Source: Roseibium sp. (GTDB lineage Bacteria > Pseudomonadota > Alphaproteobacteria > Rhizobiales > Stappiaceae). From it: 64,000 bases of DNA. The notes beneath the pieces are model-generated. The model made no database searches. It saw only the letters and a list, made by a program, of their open reading frames with translations, and was not told the origin of the DNA. How positions within the stretch are numbered: position 1 is the stretch's first letter; every line of letters begins with the position of its first letter. The position numbers and the translations under genes are program-made. Below are positions 43,727 to 53,916 of this stretch, one piece after another. Where the stretch lies: positions 4,011,246 through 4,075,245 of the forward strand of contig NZ_OZ247494.1 in the NCBI RefSeq assembly GCF_965233565.1, in the 5' to 3' direction.

Positions 43727-44257
43727 GTGACGAAGCTTGAACTCGGACCGGGATTTCCGGCACCTTCTGAGGGGCTTCCCTATCGCCCATGTGTCGGCAT
43801 CATGCTGATCAACAGGGACGGTCTGGTCTGGATCGGAAGCCGCGACGATGGCGGCAGTTCCTCGAACTACGAGTACAGCTGGCAGATGCCGCAGGGTGGT
43901 ATCGACAAGGGCGAAGCTCCCGAGCCCGCGGCTCGAAGGGAACTCTACGAGGAAACCTCGATCAGGTCCGTGACCCTTTTGGAGGAAGCGCCTGAGTGGT
44001 TTGCCTATGACTATCCGCCGGATGTCGTCAAAAAATCGCGCAAGGGCAAGCACCGGGGACAGGCGCAGCGCTGGATCGCCTATCGATTCGACGGGTCCGA
44101 CGACGAAATCAATATTCTGACACCGCCGGACGGCCATTCGGCGGAGTTTTCGGAGTGGCGCTGGGAAGAGGCCAGCCGGTTGCCGGAGCTGATCGTTCCG
44201 TTCAAACGGCCGGTCTATGAGCGGGTGATTGCCGCGTTTTCACATCTGACCGCCTGA
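43727..44257 (+). CDS. rppH: RNA pyrophosphohydrolase (Nudix)
   Basis: YRPCVG, WQMPQGGID.GE...AARRELYEET Nudix box and FKRPVY. Start GTG 43727. Confidence 0.93.
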   Translation: MTKLELGPGFPAPSEGLPYRPCVGIMLINRDGLVWIGSRDDGGSSSNYEYSWQMPQGGIDKGEAPEPAARRELYEETSIRSVTLLEEAPEWFAYDYPPDVVKKSRKGKHRGQAQRWIAYRFDGSDDEINILTPPDGHSAEFSEWRWEEASRLPELIVPFKRPVYERVIAAFSHLTA

Positions 44258-44472
44258 GGCACCTGCCGCAGACGCCATCGTCAAAGCGTCAGCATTTGAA
44301 GGCCGATTGTCGTTTTTCAAACAGACAGACGGCATCCGCATCGCTAACATCGCGCCAATTCAAGGGCTCACCGGTCGCCTGGTACACAGGATCGGCTGGG
44401 GCTGCAACAGGCACGAGGCGAGCGCGGACGCGACATCCAACGCGCGCTCATGAGGAATTGGGAGGAACGCCA

Positions 44473-46149
44473 ATGTCTTTCGGCAAGGGGCTTTCACGCA
44501 AGCCGTCCCAGACGAAAGGGCGTCAATTGGAAGATGCGGCACTGGCCGAGGTGCAGGCGATTCTGGGCGATGAGCCGCGTCGCCGCGATCTGTTGATCGA
44601 ACACCTGCACAAGATCCAGGATGCTTTTGGATGCCTGGAAGCACGCCACCTCAAGGCGCTGGCAGACGAGATGAAGCTGTCGCAGGCCGAGATTTACGAG
44701 GTCGCCAGCTTCTACCACCATTTCGACATCGTGCGCGAAGGGGACGCCAAACCGGCGCCTTTGACGATTCGCGTTTGTGACAGTGTTGCTTGCGCCCAAA
44801 AAGGGGCAGATGCGCTGGCAGCTGCACTGGAAGGCGGTGTTGACCCGGCCAAGGTTCGTATCCAGAAAGTGCCCTGCATTGGCCGCTGTGCCGGAGCGCC
44901 GGCCGTTCAAGTCGGTAAACGTGCCGTCGACAATGCGTCTGAACTCTCCGTACGCGCCGTTCTCTTTGAAGGGGAAACAGCCGCGGAGATCCCGGATCAC
45001 GTCAAACTCGACGCCTATCGTACGGGCGGTGGTTACAAGCTGCTGGATCGTGTCCGGGCAGGCGAGCTGGACGCGGCGGCGATTGCCGACATGGCCCTTG
45101 AGGCAGGCTTGCGCGGTCTGGGCGGGGCCGGCTTTCCAACCGGCACCAAGTGGAAGATCGTCAACGATCTGCCCGGCCCGAAATACCTGACCATCAACGG
45201 CGACGAAGGTGAGCCCGGCACCTTCAAGGACCGCTATCATCTGGAGCGCGATCCGCACCGGCTTCTGGAAGGAGCCCTGATCGCTGCCCACGCTATCTCC
45301 GCGGACCGCATCTACCTTTATATGCGCGACGAATACCCGGCGGTGCTGGAGATCCTGAAGGCGGAAATCGAAGCCCTGCGCACGGCAGGCATCATCACCT
45401 CCATCGACATCGAGCTGCGCCGTGGTGCCGGGGCCTATATCTGCGGCGAGGAAAGCGCGATGATCGAGTCGATAGAAGGCAAGCGCGGCCTGCCGCGCCA
45501 CCGTCCGCCCTTCATCGCCCAGGTCGGCCTGTTCGGCCGCCCGACCCTCAATCACAATGTCGAGACCCTGTTCTGGATCCGCGACATCGTCGAAAAGGGG
45601 CCGGAATGGTTTGCTGCCCAAGGCCGGCGGGACAAGAAAGGCTTCCGGTCTTTCTCGGTTTCCGGCCGGGTCAAGGAGCCGGGGGTCAAGCTGGCACCGG
45701 CCGGCGTCACCATGAATGAACTGCTGAACGAATTCTGCGGCGGCATGGAAGACGGCCACAGCTTCAAGGGCTACCTGCCGGGTGGCGCGTCCGGCGGCAT
45801 TCTGCCGGCCTCGCTCGCCGATGAGCCGCTCGATTTCGGCACACTCGACAAGCACGGCTGCTTCATCGGCAGTCACGCCATCGTGGTCTTTTCCGACCAG
45901 GACGACATGCGCGATGTGGCCCTCAACCTGATGCGTTTCTTCAAGCACGAAAGCTGCGGCCAGTGCACGCCGTGCCGGTCTGGTACGGAAAAGATGGAAC
46001 ATCTTCTGGCTGAAGGCGACTGGGACGAGGCAAAGATCGCCGATCTCGACGCGGTGATGCGGTCCGCGTCCATCTGCGGTCTCGGCCAGGCGGCCAGCAA
46101 CCCGGTCGCCTCGGTTCTGAAATTCTTTCCTGAGGAGTTCGGCAAATGA
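44473..46149 (+). CDS. NAD-dependent formate dehydrogenase beta subunit (NuoE-NuoF-like fusion; FMN, Fe-S)
   Basis: Thioredoxin-like NuoE part with CDSVAC and CIGRC, GLRGLGGAGFPTG, NGDEGEPGTFKDR, GAGAYICGEE and ESCGQCTPC...SICGLG motifs. Start ATG 44473. Confidence 0.9.
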   Translation: MSFGKGLSRKPSQTKGRQLEDAALAEVQAILGDEPRRRDLLIEHLHKIQDAFGCLEARHLKALADEMKLSQAEIYEVASFYHHFDIVREGDAKPAPLTIRVCDSVACAQKGADALAAALEGGVDPAKVRIQKVPCIGRCAGAPAVQVGKRAVDNASELSVRAVLFEGETAAEIPDHVKLDAYRTGGGYKLLDRVRAGELDAAAIADMALEAGLRGLGGAGFPTGTKWKIVNDLPGPKYLTINGDEGEPGTFKDRYHLERDPHRLLEGALIAAHAISADRIYLYMRDEYPAVLEILKAEIEALRTAGIITSIDIELRRGAGAYICGEESAMIESIEGKRGLPRHRPPFIAQVGLFGRPTLNHNVETLFWIRDIVEKGPEWFAAQGRRDKKGFRSFSVSGRVKEPGVKLAPAGVTMNELLNEFCGGMEDGHSFKGYLPGGASGGILPASLADEPLDFGTLDKHGCFIGSHAIVVFSDQDDMRDVALNLMRFFKHESCGQCTPCRSGTEKMEHLLAEGDWDEAKIADLDAVMRSASICGLGQAASNPVASVLKFFPEEFGK

Positions 46150-48914
46150 GCCAGATCACCTTCTCTCTTGATGGCAAGAACGTCACCGCCGGTGAAGGCG
46201 AAACCATCTGGCAGGTGGCCAAACGCGAAGGCGTCGCCATTCCGCACCTTTGCCACAAGGATGCGCCCGGTTACCGCTCCGACGGCAATTGCCGGGCCTG
46301 CATGGTCGATATTGAAGGCGAGCGTGTGCTCGCCGCCTCCTGTATCCGGACACCGTCGGAAGGCATGGTCGTCAAGACCGCGACCGAACGCGCCGAAAAG
46401 GCCCGTGAGATGGTCTTCGAACTGCTGGCCGCCGACCAGCCGTCCCGCGACCATCACCCGGATCCGGAAAGCGACTTCTGGAAATGGTCCGATGCGATCG
46501 GGGTAACCTCCAGCCGGTATGCACCATGTGAAAAACCGGCCCAGGACATTTCGCACCCGGCCATTGCGGTCAATCTCGATGCCTGTATCGCCTGCAACCT
46601 GTGCGAACGCGCCTGCCGCGAGGTTCAGGTCAATGACGTCATCGGCATGGCCGACCGGGGCGCGCACACGGTGCCGGTCTTCGATCTGGCCGATCCAATG
46701 GGCCTGTCCACCTGTGTGGCCTGCGGTGAATGCGTTTCTGCGTGCCCGACCGGTGCGCTCATGGAAAAGAGCCTCCTTGATGCGACGGCCACAAAGCGGG
46801 AAGTCTTTGCAGAAGAGACCGTCGACAGCGTTTGCCCGTTTTGCGGGGTTGGCTGCCTGACATCCGTTTCCGTCAAGGACGGCAAGATCGTCAGCGTTGA
46901 GGGTCGGAACGGCCCGGCGAACGAAAACAGGCTCTGCGTCAAGGGCCGCTTCGGCTTTGACTATGTCTCCAGCCCGCAGCGCCTGACCAGACCTCTGATC
47001 CGCCGGGACGATGCCCCGAAAGGCCGTGATATCTCCATGACGCTGGAGAACCATCTCGATTATTTCCGCGAGGCAACCTGGGAGGAAGCGCTGGACAGGG
47101 CGGCAAGCGGCCTGAAGGCAGCGTTCGAGGCCAAGGGCGGAGCGGGCATTGCCGGATTCGGGTCCGCCAAGGGCTCCAACGAAGAGGCCTATCTTTTCCA
47201 GAAGCTGATCCGCCAGGGCTTCCAGACCAACAATGTCGATCACTGTACGCGTCTGTGTCATGCCTCGTCCGTGGCAGCGCTCATGGAAGGCATCGGCTCT
47301 GGTGCGGTCACCGCGCCGTTCAATGCCGCCGAGGATGCCGATTGCATGATCGTCATCGGAGCGCGCCCGGCCCAGAACCATCCCGTAGCAGCCACCTATA
47401 TCAAACAGGCCGCCAAAAAGGGCACCAAGCTGATCGTGATGGACCCGCGCGGTCAGGACCTGATGCGCTACGCCGAATACGGCCTGAAGTTCAAGCCGGG
47501 CACGGATGTCGCCATGCTGAACGCGCTCCTCAACGTGATCATCACTGAGGAGCTTTATGACAGCCAGTATATCGCGGCCCATGTCGACGGCTTCGAGGCG
47601 CTGAAGGAGAAGATCAGGGACTTCACACCCGAAGCCATGGAGCCGGTCTGCGGCATTGATGCGCAAACCCTGCGCGAAGTCGCAAGGCTTTACGCCACCA
47701 GCCAGAAGTCGATCATCTTCTGGGGCATGGGCGTTTCCCAGCATGTGCACGGCACGGACAATGTCCGCTGCCTGATCGCAATGGCGCTGACCACCGGCCA
47801 GATCGGCCGCCCGGGGACGGGCCTGCATCCGCTGCGCGGTCAGAACAACGTCCAGGGCGCGTCTGATGCCGGCCTGATCCCGATGGTGTTTCCGGACTAC
47901 CGCTCCGTAGAAAACGCAGACATCCGCTCCGAATTTGAAGATGCCTGGGGCCGCACGCTCGACCCTGTGCGTGGTCTGACCGTTGTTGAGATCATGGACG
48001 ACATTCTGGAAGGTGGCATTGAGGCGATGTTCATCCAGGGCGAAAACCCGGCCATGTCCGACCCGGATCAGAACCACGCGCGCAAGGCGCTGGCGAGCCT
48101 GAAGCATCTGGTGGTACAGGACATTTTCCTGACCGAAACAGCCTGGCATGCGGACGTGATCCTGCCGGCCTCCGCCCACGCGGAAAAGCTCGGCACCTTC
48201 ACCAACACCAACCGCCAGGTCCAGATCGGCCGGCCCTGCGTGCCGATGCCGGGAGAGGCCCGCGCCGACTGGGAAATCCTGATCGAGCTGGCCAACCGGC
48301 TGGGTCTTGGCTGGTCCTATGACGGCGTTCCGGCAATCTACGAGGAAATGCGCTCGCATATGGCTTCGCTCCAGAACATCTCCTGGGAGCGGCTGGAGCG
48401 CGATGGCACGGTCACCTATCCGGCCGACGCGCCGGACAAGCCGGGCAACGAGATCCTGTTCGGCCAGTCTTTCCCGACGGCCGATGGCCGCGGCAAGATC
48501 GTGCCCACCGAACTGGTGCCGCCCAACGAGGTGCCGGACGAGGACTACCCGATGGTGCTGACCACGGGCCGCATGCTGGAACACTGGCACACGGGCGCAA
48601 TGACCCGGCGTGCCGAAGTGCTCAATGCCATCGAGCCGGAACCGGTTGTCTCCATGAACCCGCGCGACATCAAGCTCCAGGGGCTGGAGATCGGTCAGCA
48701 GGTCACAGTCGAAACCCGCCGCGGCGCTATCACCCTGACCCTGCGCGCCGACCGGGACGTCTCGACCGGCATGATGTTCATCCCGTTCTGCTTCTTCGAA
48801 GCGCCGGCAAACTTCCTGACCAACCCTCAACTCGACCCGTTCGGCAAGATCCCGGAATTCAAGTTCTGTGCGGCACGGGTCGGCGCTGCACAACAGCGCG
48901 AGGCGGCCGAGTAA
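46146..48914 (+). CDS. fdhF: NAD-dependent formate dehydrogenase alpha subunit (Mo/W-bisPGD, Cys ligand)
   Basis: N-terminal 2Fe-2S plus 2x[4Fe-4S] motifs (CIACNLC, CVACGEC), CPFCGVGC, NNVDHCTRLCHASS, LRGQNNVQG and KIPEFK. Confidence 0.93.
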   Translation: MSQITFSLDGKNVTAGEGETIWQVAKREGVAIPHLCHKDAPGYRSDGNCRACMVDIEGERVLAASCIRTPSEGMVVKTATERAEKAREMVFELLAADQPSRDHHPDPESDFWKWSDAIGVTSSRYAPCEKPAQDISHPAIAVNLDACIACNLCERACREVQVNDVIGMADRGAHTVPVFDLADPMGLSTCVACGECVSACPTGALMEKSLLDATATKREVFAEETVDSVCPFCGVGCLTSVSVKDGKIVSVEGRNGPANENRLCVKGRFGFDYVSSPQRLTRPLIRRDDAPKGRDISMTLENHLDYFREATWEEALDRAASGLKAAFEAKGGAGIAGFGSAKGSNEEAYLFQKLIRQGFQTNNVDHCTRLCHASSVAALMEGIGSGAVTAPFNAAEDADCMIVIGARPAQNHPVAATYIKQAAKKGTKLIVMDPRGQDLMRYAEYGLKFKPGTDVAMLNALLNVIITEELYDSQYIAAHVDGFEALKEKIRDFTPEAMEPVCGIDAQTLREVARLYATSQKSIIFWGMGVSQHVHGTDNVRCLIAMALTTGQIGRPGTGLHPLRGQNNVQGASDAGLIPMVFPDYRSVENADIRSEFEDAWGRTLDPVRGLTVVEIMDDILEGGIEAMFIQGENPAMSDPDQNHARKALASLKHLVVQDIFLTETAWHADVILPASAHAEKLGTFTNTNRQVQIGRPCVPMPGEARADWEILIELANRLGLGWSYDGVPAIYEEMRSHMASLQNISWERLERDGTVTYPADAPDKPGNEILFGQSFPTADGRGKIVPTELVPPNEVPDEDYPMVLTTGRMLEHWHTGAMTRRAEVLNAIEPEPVVSMNPRDIKLQGLEIGQQVTVETRRGAITLTLRADRDVSTGMMFIPFCFFEAPANFLTNPQLDPFGKIPEFKFCAARVGAAQQREAAE

Positions 48915-48943
48915 TAAAAATCGAGAAGATCGAGGGTCATAAC

Positions 48944-48973
48944 AAAGGGGCGGCCAGTGGCCGCCCCTTTTTT
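48944..48973. terminator. Bidirectional intrinsic terminator between fdh and the paralog array
   Basis: AAAGGGGCGGCC-agt-GGCCGCCCCTTTTTT between convergent genes. Confidence 0.85.
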
Positions 48974-48989
48974 GTGTCGTTTAAGACCT

Positions 48990-51131
48990 TCAGTTGGCTT
49001 CGATCTTGACGGCCAGCAGATCCGGCAGGGTTTGCGGCGCGGCCATGCTACCGAGGATATGGGTCAGCGGCACAGGCGTCCTGGGTGTCAGCGTCGCCTT
49101 CAGTTCACCCGGGGTTTCCAGAAACGTGGAGGCTGCGTCATTCACCATTTCGGAGAAGGTCTTGTTCTGGACCTGGGCTGCTGCTTCATCAATCTGCTTG
49201 AGCAGCGCCTCTCGAAAGACGGCCTCCGGCATGCCCTGGGTCGCCGCGATCTTGCCGAGGCCACCGGCGACCAGTCCGGCATCTCGAAAGCTGACCGACG
49301 CATTGACGAACTGGGCCATCGCCAAGGCGAGCTCGCCCTGTCCCAGCGGATCCTCGAACAGCGCCCGAGACACATTTGCAAACCGGGCATCGATTTCCAG
49401 AGCGCCGAGACCTTCGATGGACACCTTCAGCTTCTCAAGCTGCAGATCAAGGGTCTCTTCGTCCCAGTGGAGCCGGGTCTGGCTGGACCAGACGATTTCG
49501 GAAAAGCCAAGCGTCTTCAGCAGGGTTTTGACCTGACCTTCGGACACCATCTCAAGGGGGTGCCTGATGTCCCGGTAATCTATATCAATCCGGGTCGGAA
49601 GCGGCGGAACCGACGTCGCCGCGCTGAAGTGGGCCTTGCCGATCGACATGTCATCGGCACCTGGAAGGTCAAGATCAGCACCCTCCACGGTGTAGGCCAG
49701 CGACCGGGGCAACACCGCCCGAAACATCCCAACGGGATCTGCACCAGCGGAGTCGATGTCGGATAGCAGTGCCTTGAGCACCGGTATCATGGGCTCGTAT
49801 TCCGCAAATTCGATGTTGAACAGGCTTGCCCGGTCGACCCTTGCACTGCCGCCTCCCGGAATGTCGGGAATACGGATCCCCGAAACCGTCAGGTCATCAA
49901 CGCCATTTGAACTCAGATCAGACAGGGTCACCGAATCGACAAAAATGGAGAATTCATTGCGTCCGGAAGTATCGGCGATGTCCAGTTTCAATCCCGAATA
50001 GTCAAGCCCGCCATAGGAAAATATTCTCGCAAACTGGAACGATTCTGACAGCAGGTAGTCGAACAACGCCGTCTCGGTTTGCCAGTTCCGCGGAACCATC
50101 ATTCCGGTCGCCAGTTTGAAGAGGTCAAAGCTTCGCGCGCGAAGAGACACTCCACGGGTTTCGGCCTTATCGATGGAAATGTCCATCTCGAGGCCCTCGT
50201 CAATCGGCAGTGTCGTTCTGACGTTCCGCTCGACGGCTGTTTCAACCAGTTGCACGTCTTGTCCAGCTGGAATCCGGTCACCGGCCAGCACATCCAGGTA
50301 GGCGCTGAAATTGACCCCCAGCAGCTCCGAACGCCCCTGACTGTAGCCCCCCTCGGACACGCTTTCGTCCACAGCCGCGAGAACTTCGGTGCTGCCTAAT
50401 TCGAATTCCATCCGCTCCCAATAGCCGTCGCGCGAATTCTGAATGCGCAGCTGCTTGCGCATCACACGCTGATTGAGAATGAGTTCCTCATCCTCGCCGT
50501 CCAGACGGTTGACGAACAGGTCAGAGTGCTCCCTGTCGGCCGTCATCAAATCGAACGAAGGCAGCAGCAGCGCGTGGACAAGGGGGCGCCATTCCCGAAA
50601 CGAACGTGCTTCGGCTTTGTTGTCGATTACCGGAAGCGACACGCGATAGTTCAGCGCCTCGAAATTATCCGTGAAATGCCAGAGTTGCGCGCGCAAGGCC
50701 TCGTCAAATGTCACGCTGCCCGATAAGCCGTTGGAGCCGGAGCAGCTGTAGAGGCTTGCGCTGAACGTCCTGTCCTCCTGCGCGAAGCCTTCCAGCTTGC
50801 AAAGGTCTGCCCGGATCTTGAATGAGAATGCGGCCGGAGAGGGAGTCTCGCCGTCGTCTTGGCGGAAATCGTTGAGAAGCTGTCCACCGCCGGAGACGAC
50901 GAGCTCCTTGACTGTCAGGACATCTGCGTCCTGGTCATAGTCGATTGCTTCGACGGAAAGGGTCAGCCCAAGGTCTGTGAGTGTATCCAGATAGGCATCA
51001 AAGGCGGCTTTGCCGGTGGTTTGGGCCTGCGACGTGGACCAGGACAGCAGCACGACCACGCTGGCCACGGCAAACTGACGGATAGTTGAAAGGAACATCC
51101 GGCCAGGCTCGACAAAGGCTTTCAATTGCAA
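48990..51131 (-). CDS. Exported ~710-aa protein of unknown function, paralog 1 (most divergent)
   Basis: Signal peptide ending SQA|Q, acidic beta-rich sequence, C-terminus LGSMAAPQTLPDLLAVKIEAN shared with the two neighbours. The likely start is TTG 51125 or 51131. Confidence 0.85.
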   Translation of the reverse strand: MQLKAFVEPGRMFLSTIRQFAVASVVVLLSWSTSQAQTTGKAAFDAYLDTLTDLGLTLSVEAIDYDQDADVLTVKELVVSGGGQLLNDFRQDDGETPSPAAFSFKIRADLCKLEGFAQEDRTFSASLYSCSGSNGLSGSVTFDEALRAQLWHFTDNFEALNYRVSLPVIDNKAEARSFREWRPLVHALLLPSFDLMTADREHSDLFVNRLDGEDEELILNQRVMRKQLRIQNSRDGYWERMEFELGSTEVLAAVDESVSEGGYSQGRSELLGVNFSAYLDVLAGDRIPAGQDVQLVETAVERNVRTTLPIDEGLEMDISIDKAETRGVSLRARSFDLFKLATGMMVPRNWQTETALFDYLLSESFQFARIFSYGGLDYSGLKLDIADTSGRNEFSIFVDSVTLSDLSSNGVDDLTVSGIRIPDIPGGGSARVDRASLFNIEFAEYEPMIPVLKALLSDIDSAGADPVGMFRAVLPRSLAYTVEGADLDLPGADDMSIGKAHFSAATSVPPLPTRIDIDYRDIRHPLEMVSEGQVKTLLKTLGFSEIVWSSQTRLHWDEETLDLQLEKLKVSIEGLGALEIDARFANVSRALFEDPLGQGELALAMAQFVNASVSFRDAGLVAGGLGKIAATQGMPEAVFREALLKQIDEAAAQVQNKTFSEMVNDAASTFLETPGELKATLTPRTPVPLTHILGSMAAPQTLPDLLAVKIEAN

Positions 51132-51253
51132 GCTCCAAATTTGTGTTCAGAAAAACTGGGACAGACCAAATCCTGCAGATCTGTACCGTCTCCCATACGA
51201 ATTACTGTAAAATTTATCAATGAGTCCCGGCAGGAACCGCGCCGCCGAAAAAG

Positions 51254-51279
51254 AAAGGGCGGCCACTGGCCGCCCTTTT
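51254..51279 (-). terminator. Intrinsic terminator of paralog 2
   Basis: AAAGGGCGGCC-act-GGCCGCCCTTT, with an A-run on the left giving a U-tail on the minus strand. Confidence 0.8.
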
Positions 51280-51300
51280 ATGGTGCCGTTCTGGGGAAGC

Positions 51301-53427
51301 TCAGTTGGCTTCGATCTTGACGGCCAGCAGATCCGGCAGGGATTGCGGCGCGGCCAAGCTGCCGAGGATCTGGGCCAGCGGCACCGCGGCCGAAGGCGTC
51401 AGGGTAATTTTCAGCTCGCCCGGGCTTTCCAGAAACTTGGAAGCCGCGTCGCTCACCATCTTTGTGAAGGCCTCGTTCTGGACCGGCGCGGTGGCCTGGG
51501 CCGCCTGGGCAACCAGCGCCTCGCGGAAAACATTCTCCGGGATGCCTTGGGTCTCGGCGAAATGGGCAATGCCCTTCGACGCAAGGCCGGCATCACGGAA
51601 TGTCGCCGAGGCCTCGACGAACTGGGCTACAATCAGGGCCATCTGACCCTGACCTTCCGGATCTTCGAACAGGGCTTTCGGCACATTGGCAAAACGGGCG
51701 GAAATCTCCGCACGACCGAGACCCTCGATCTCGGCCATGAATTTTTCCAGATGCAACTCGAGGGTGTTTTCGTCCCAATGCAGGCGTGTTTCGTCCGACC
51801 AGACAACATTCTCCAGGCCGAGCGCACGGAACAGCGCCTCCATTTCCGGATCTTCAACAGAGCTGACCGGCACCTGGAGGCCCTCGCTGCGCATGAAGAC
51901 ACTTGTCGGGATCGGTGACACCGTTGTGGAGACGGTCATTTCCGCAGCGCCGATCTTGGCCTTCTGCCTGTCCGGGGCAACGGCCTCGAGCCCCTTGACC
52001 TCGTAGCTGAAAGACAGCGGCAGGAAGGCGCGGGCAACGTCAAACGGGTGGTCCTCACCAAAATTCGGATCGGCCATCAGCGTGCTGATCATGGCGCGCA
52101 TCGGCTCATAATCGGCGAATTGAATACCGCCGATCGCAGCCTTGTCGAGCTTGAGCGAAGCGCCGTCCGGGAGTTTCGGGGCGATCAGGCCTGCAAGCAT
52201 CATTTCTTCAATGCCGTTGGAGTTGACGCCCGTCATGGCGATTTCTTCAATGGTCACCTCAGTATCCTGCTCCAGCTCGGGAGTCGGGATCTTGACTTTA
52301 ATGCCTCCGAGGCGGGCGTCGGCGAGTCCGTAGGACCGGTAAAGCTGAAACACACTGGTGATCATCTTCTCTGGCGCCAGGTCCGACGGGCTCATGAGAT
52401 CGTCATAGATCGCGAGCAGGCTGCCTTCCCGCTTGGTCAGCGTGAAGGAGTCCATGCTGGCCCTGTCGGCGGTGAACTCGACCCCAACTCCCTGTTCCAG
52501 TGTCTGGGTAAACGAAAAATCCTCGGCGGATAGGGAACCGATGAACGTTTGCGGCTCGCCGGTTTCCGGCACATCCGGATCGAGCATGTCGAGATAGGCT
52601 GCGAAATTGAAATCTTTGTAGACGGTCTTGCCCTGGCGGGCGGTTATGTTCGGCGGATTGTCCTCCGGGACGCTCCCCTGGAAAGTCTGCGTGATGTTGT
52701 CGACGGACATCGAAGCGATCCTGCCGTCGACGGAATCGCTCATCAGATACCCGTCCATCTGGATCGTGCCGGACAGCACGGCGCGTTCCTGATCATCCTT
52801 GCTTTCGACCACTTCGAACGTGAAACCGGTTGAATCGACCCTGATTTCCTCAAAGGAAGTCAGCAAGCTGGCTCGCAGAAAGGGCAGCCAGCGGGTGACC
52901 GGCTTGGTTGGATCTGCTGCGGGCAGGTCCGGAAGGGAGAAGCTGTAGTCGGTTGCCGACAGGCCGGACAGGCGCACGTCGATCTTCAGGTGGCCCTTGC
53001 CTTCGCGCTGAGCGGTGAGGTTTATCTGGGTATCGTCCGAATAGACCCAGCTTTCCGCCTTGAACACGCCGTCGTCAAAGGAAAGCCCGCTGATCTTGAT
53101 CTGGCTGCTCGACATGGACAGGTCATAGGCCGGCTTGGCACCGTTTTTTGCAAGACCGTCCGGTGCATCCTCGACCGTGCCGCTGAGCGAGACGGTGCTG
53201 TCCGTCAGCGTCAGCGTATCACTGCCGGCATCGTAACGGACATCGCCGTTCTTGACCTGCAATCCGAGTTTTTGCAGATGGTCAAAATAGGTGTCGAGAG
53301 CAGCTGTTCCGCTCTCTTGCGCAAAGGCGGTGCCGGAAGTCAGAGCCAGCGCGGTGCCCAGTGTCAGCCAGTGGGTACGAGCCTTCAAAGAGGATGGTTT
53401 ACGTGCGGGAGTGGCGGGAAATGTCAA
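51301..53427 (-). CDS. Exported ~710-aa protein of unknown function, paralog 2
   Basis: TTG start 8 nt after GGAG, signal peptide ending AFA|Q, and a shared C-terminal domain. Confidence 0.87.
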   Translation of the reverse strand: MTFPATPARKPSSLKARTHWLTLGTALALTSGTAFAQESGTAALDTYFDHLQKLGLQVKNGDVRYDAGSDTLTLTDSTVSLSGTVEDAPDGLAKNGAKPAYDLSMSSSQIKISGLSFDDGVFKAESWVYSDDTQINLTAQREGKGHLKIDVRLSGLSATDYSFSLPDLPAADPTKPVTRWLPFLRASLLTSFEEIRVDSTGFTFEVVESKDDQERAVLSGTIQMDGYLMSDSVDGRIASMSVDNITQTFQGSVPEDNPPNITARQGKTVYKDFNFAAYLDMLDPDVPETGEPQTFIGSLSAEDFSFTQTLEQGVGVEFTADRASMDSFTLTKREGSLLAIYDDLMSPSDLAPEKMITSVFQLYRSYGLADARLGGIKVKIPTPELEQDTEVTIEEIAMTGVNSNGIEEMMLAGLIAPKLPDGASLKLDKAAIGGIQFADYEPMRAMISTLMADPNFGEDHPFDVARAFLPLSFSYEVKGLEAVAPDRQKAKIGAAEMTVSTTVSPIPTSVFMRSEGLQVPVSSVEDPEMEALFRALGLENVVWSDETRLHWDENTLELHLEKFMAEIEGLGRAEISARFANVPKALFEDPEGQGQMALIVAQFVEASATFRDAGLASKGIAHFAETQGIPENVFREALVAQAAQATAPVQNEAFTKMVSDAASKFLESPGELKITLTPSAAVPLAQILGSLAAPQSLPDLLAVKIEAN

Positions 53428-53868
53428 TTTTTTGGCTCCAAGGAAATGATCGGAAACGAGGTGGGGCGTCTTCGATATAGGCGTAGGTCGTCGGTCATTC
53501 CACGGCCATGGCCCATTCTCATGACAAGGATCTTGATCGTCACAATGTTGATCCTGTGCGCTTGTTGGCCGCTTTGACTGTCAACCTCAGCCAGGATCCG
53601 GACCGCGGACCGAAAGGTGTCTCAAAGGGCTACTTGCAGGTGCTTCTTTGGCTGGCGTGGGGCTCCATCGCGGAAGCTTGATTAGGGCGGCAGATAGGTG
53701 AACCGCCGACACCCGCCGGTCCGACTCGACGAGAGCATTCTAAGGGCGGCTTGCCTTCGATGTTCAGAAAAGGGCCGCAGACCAGAACCGCAGACCTGTC
53801 TGATCTTCCATACGAGTTATTGTAAAATTTATCAATACAACTCTCAGGACAGCCCCGTCAGCCTCAAC

Positions 53869-53894
53869 AAAAAGGGCGGCCTGGGCCGCCCTTT
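53869..53894 (-). terminator. Intrinsic terminator of paralog 3
   Basis: AAAAAGGGCGGC-ctgg-GCCGCCCTTT, same family as the other two hairpins. Confidence 0.8.
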
Positions 53895-53916
53895 CGATGA
53901 TGGATGAGTGTTGGGC

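Noticed and set aside
46146-48914. Selenocysteine or a Moco/Wco riboswitch for the formate dehydrogenase
   Set aside because: The active-site codon is Cys (TGT) with no in-frame TGA, and I see no recognisable riboswitch in 44258-44472.
53580-53760. Group II intron domain V/VI or a small ORF in the paralog 2-3 spacer
   Set aside because: TGAACCGCCG resembles an intron 3' end only superficially; the domain V stem cannot be formed and the short ORFs lack an RBS or coding bias.
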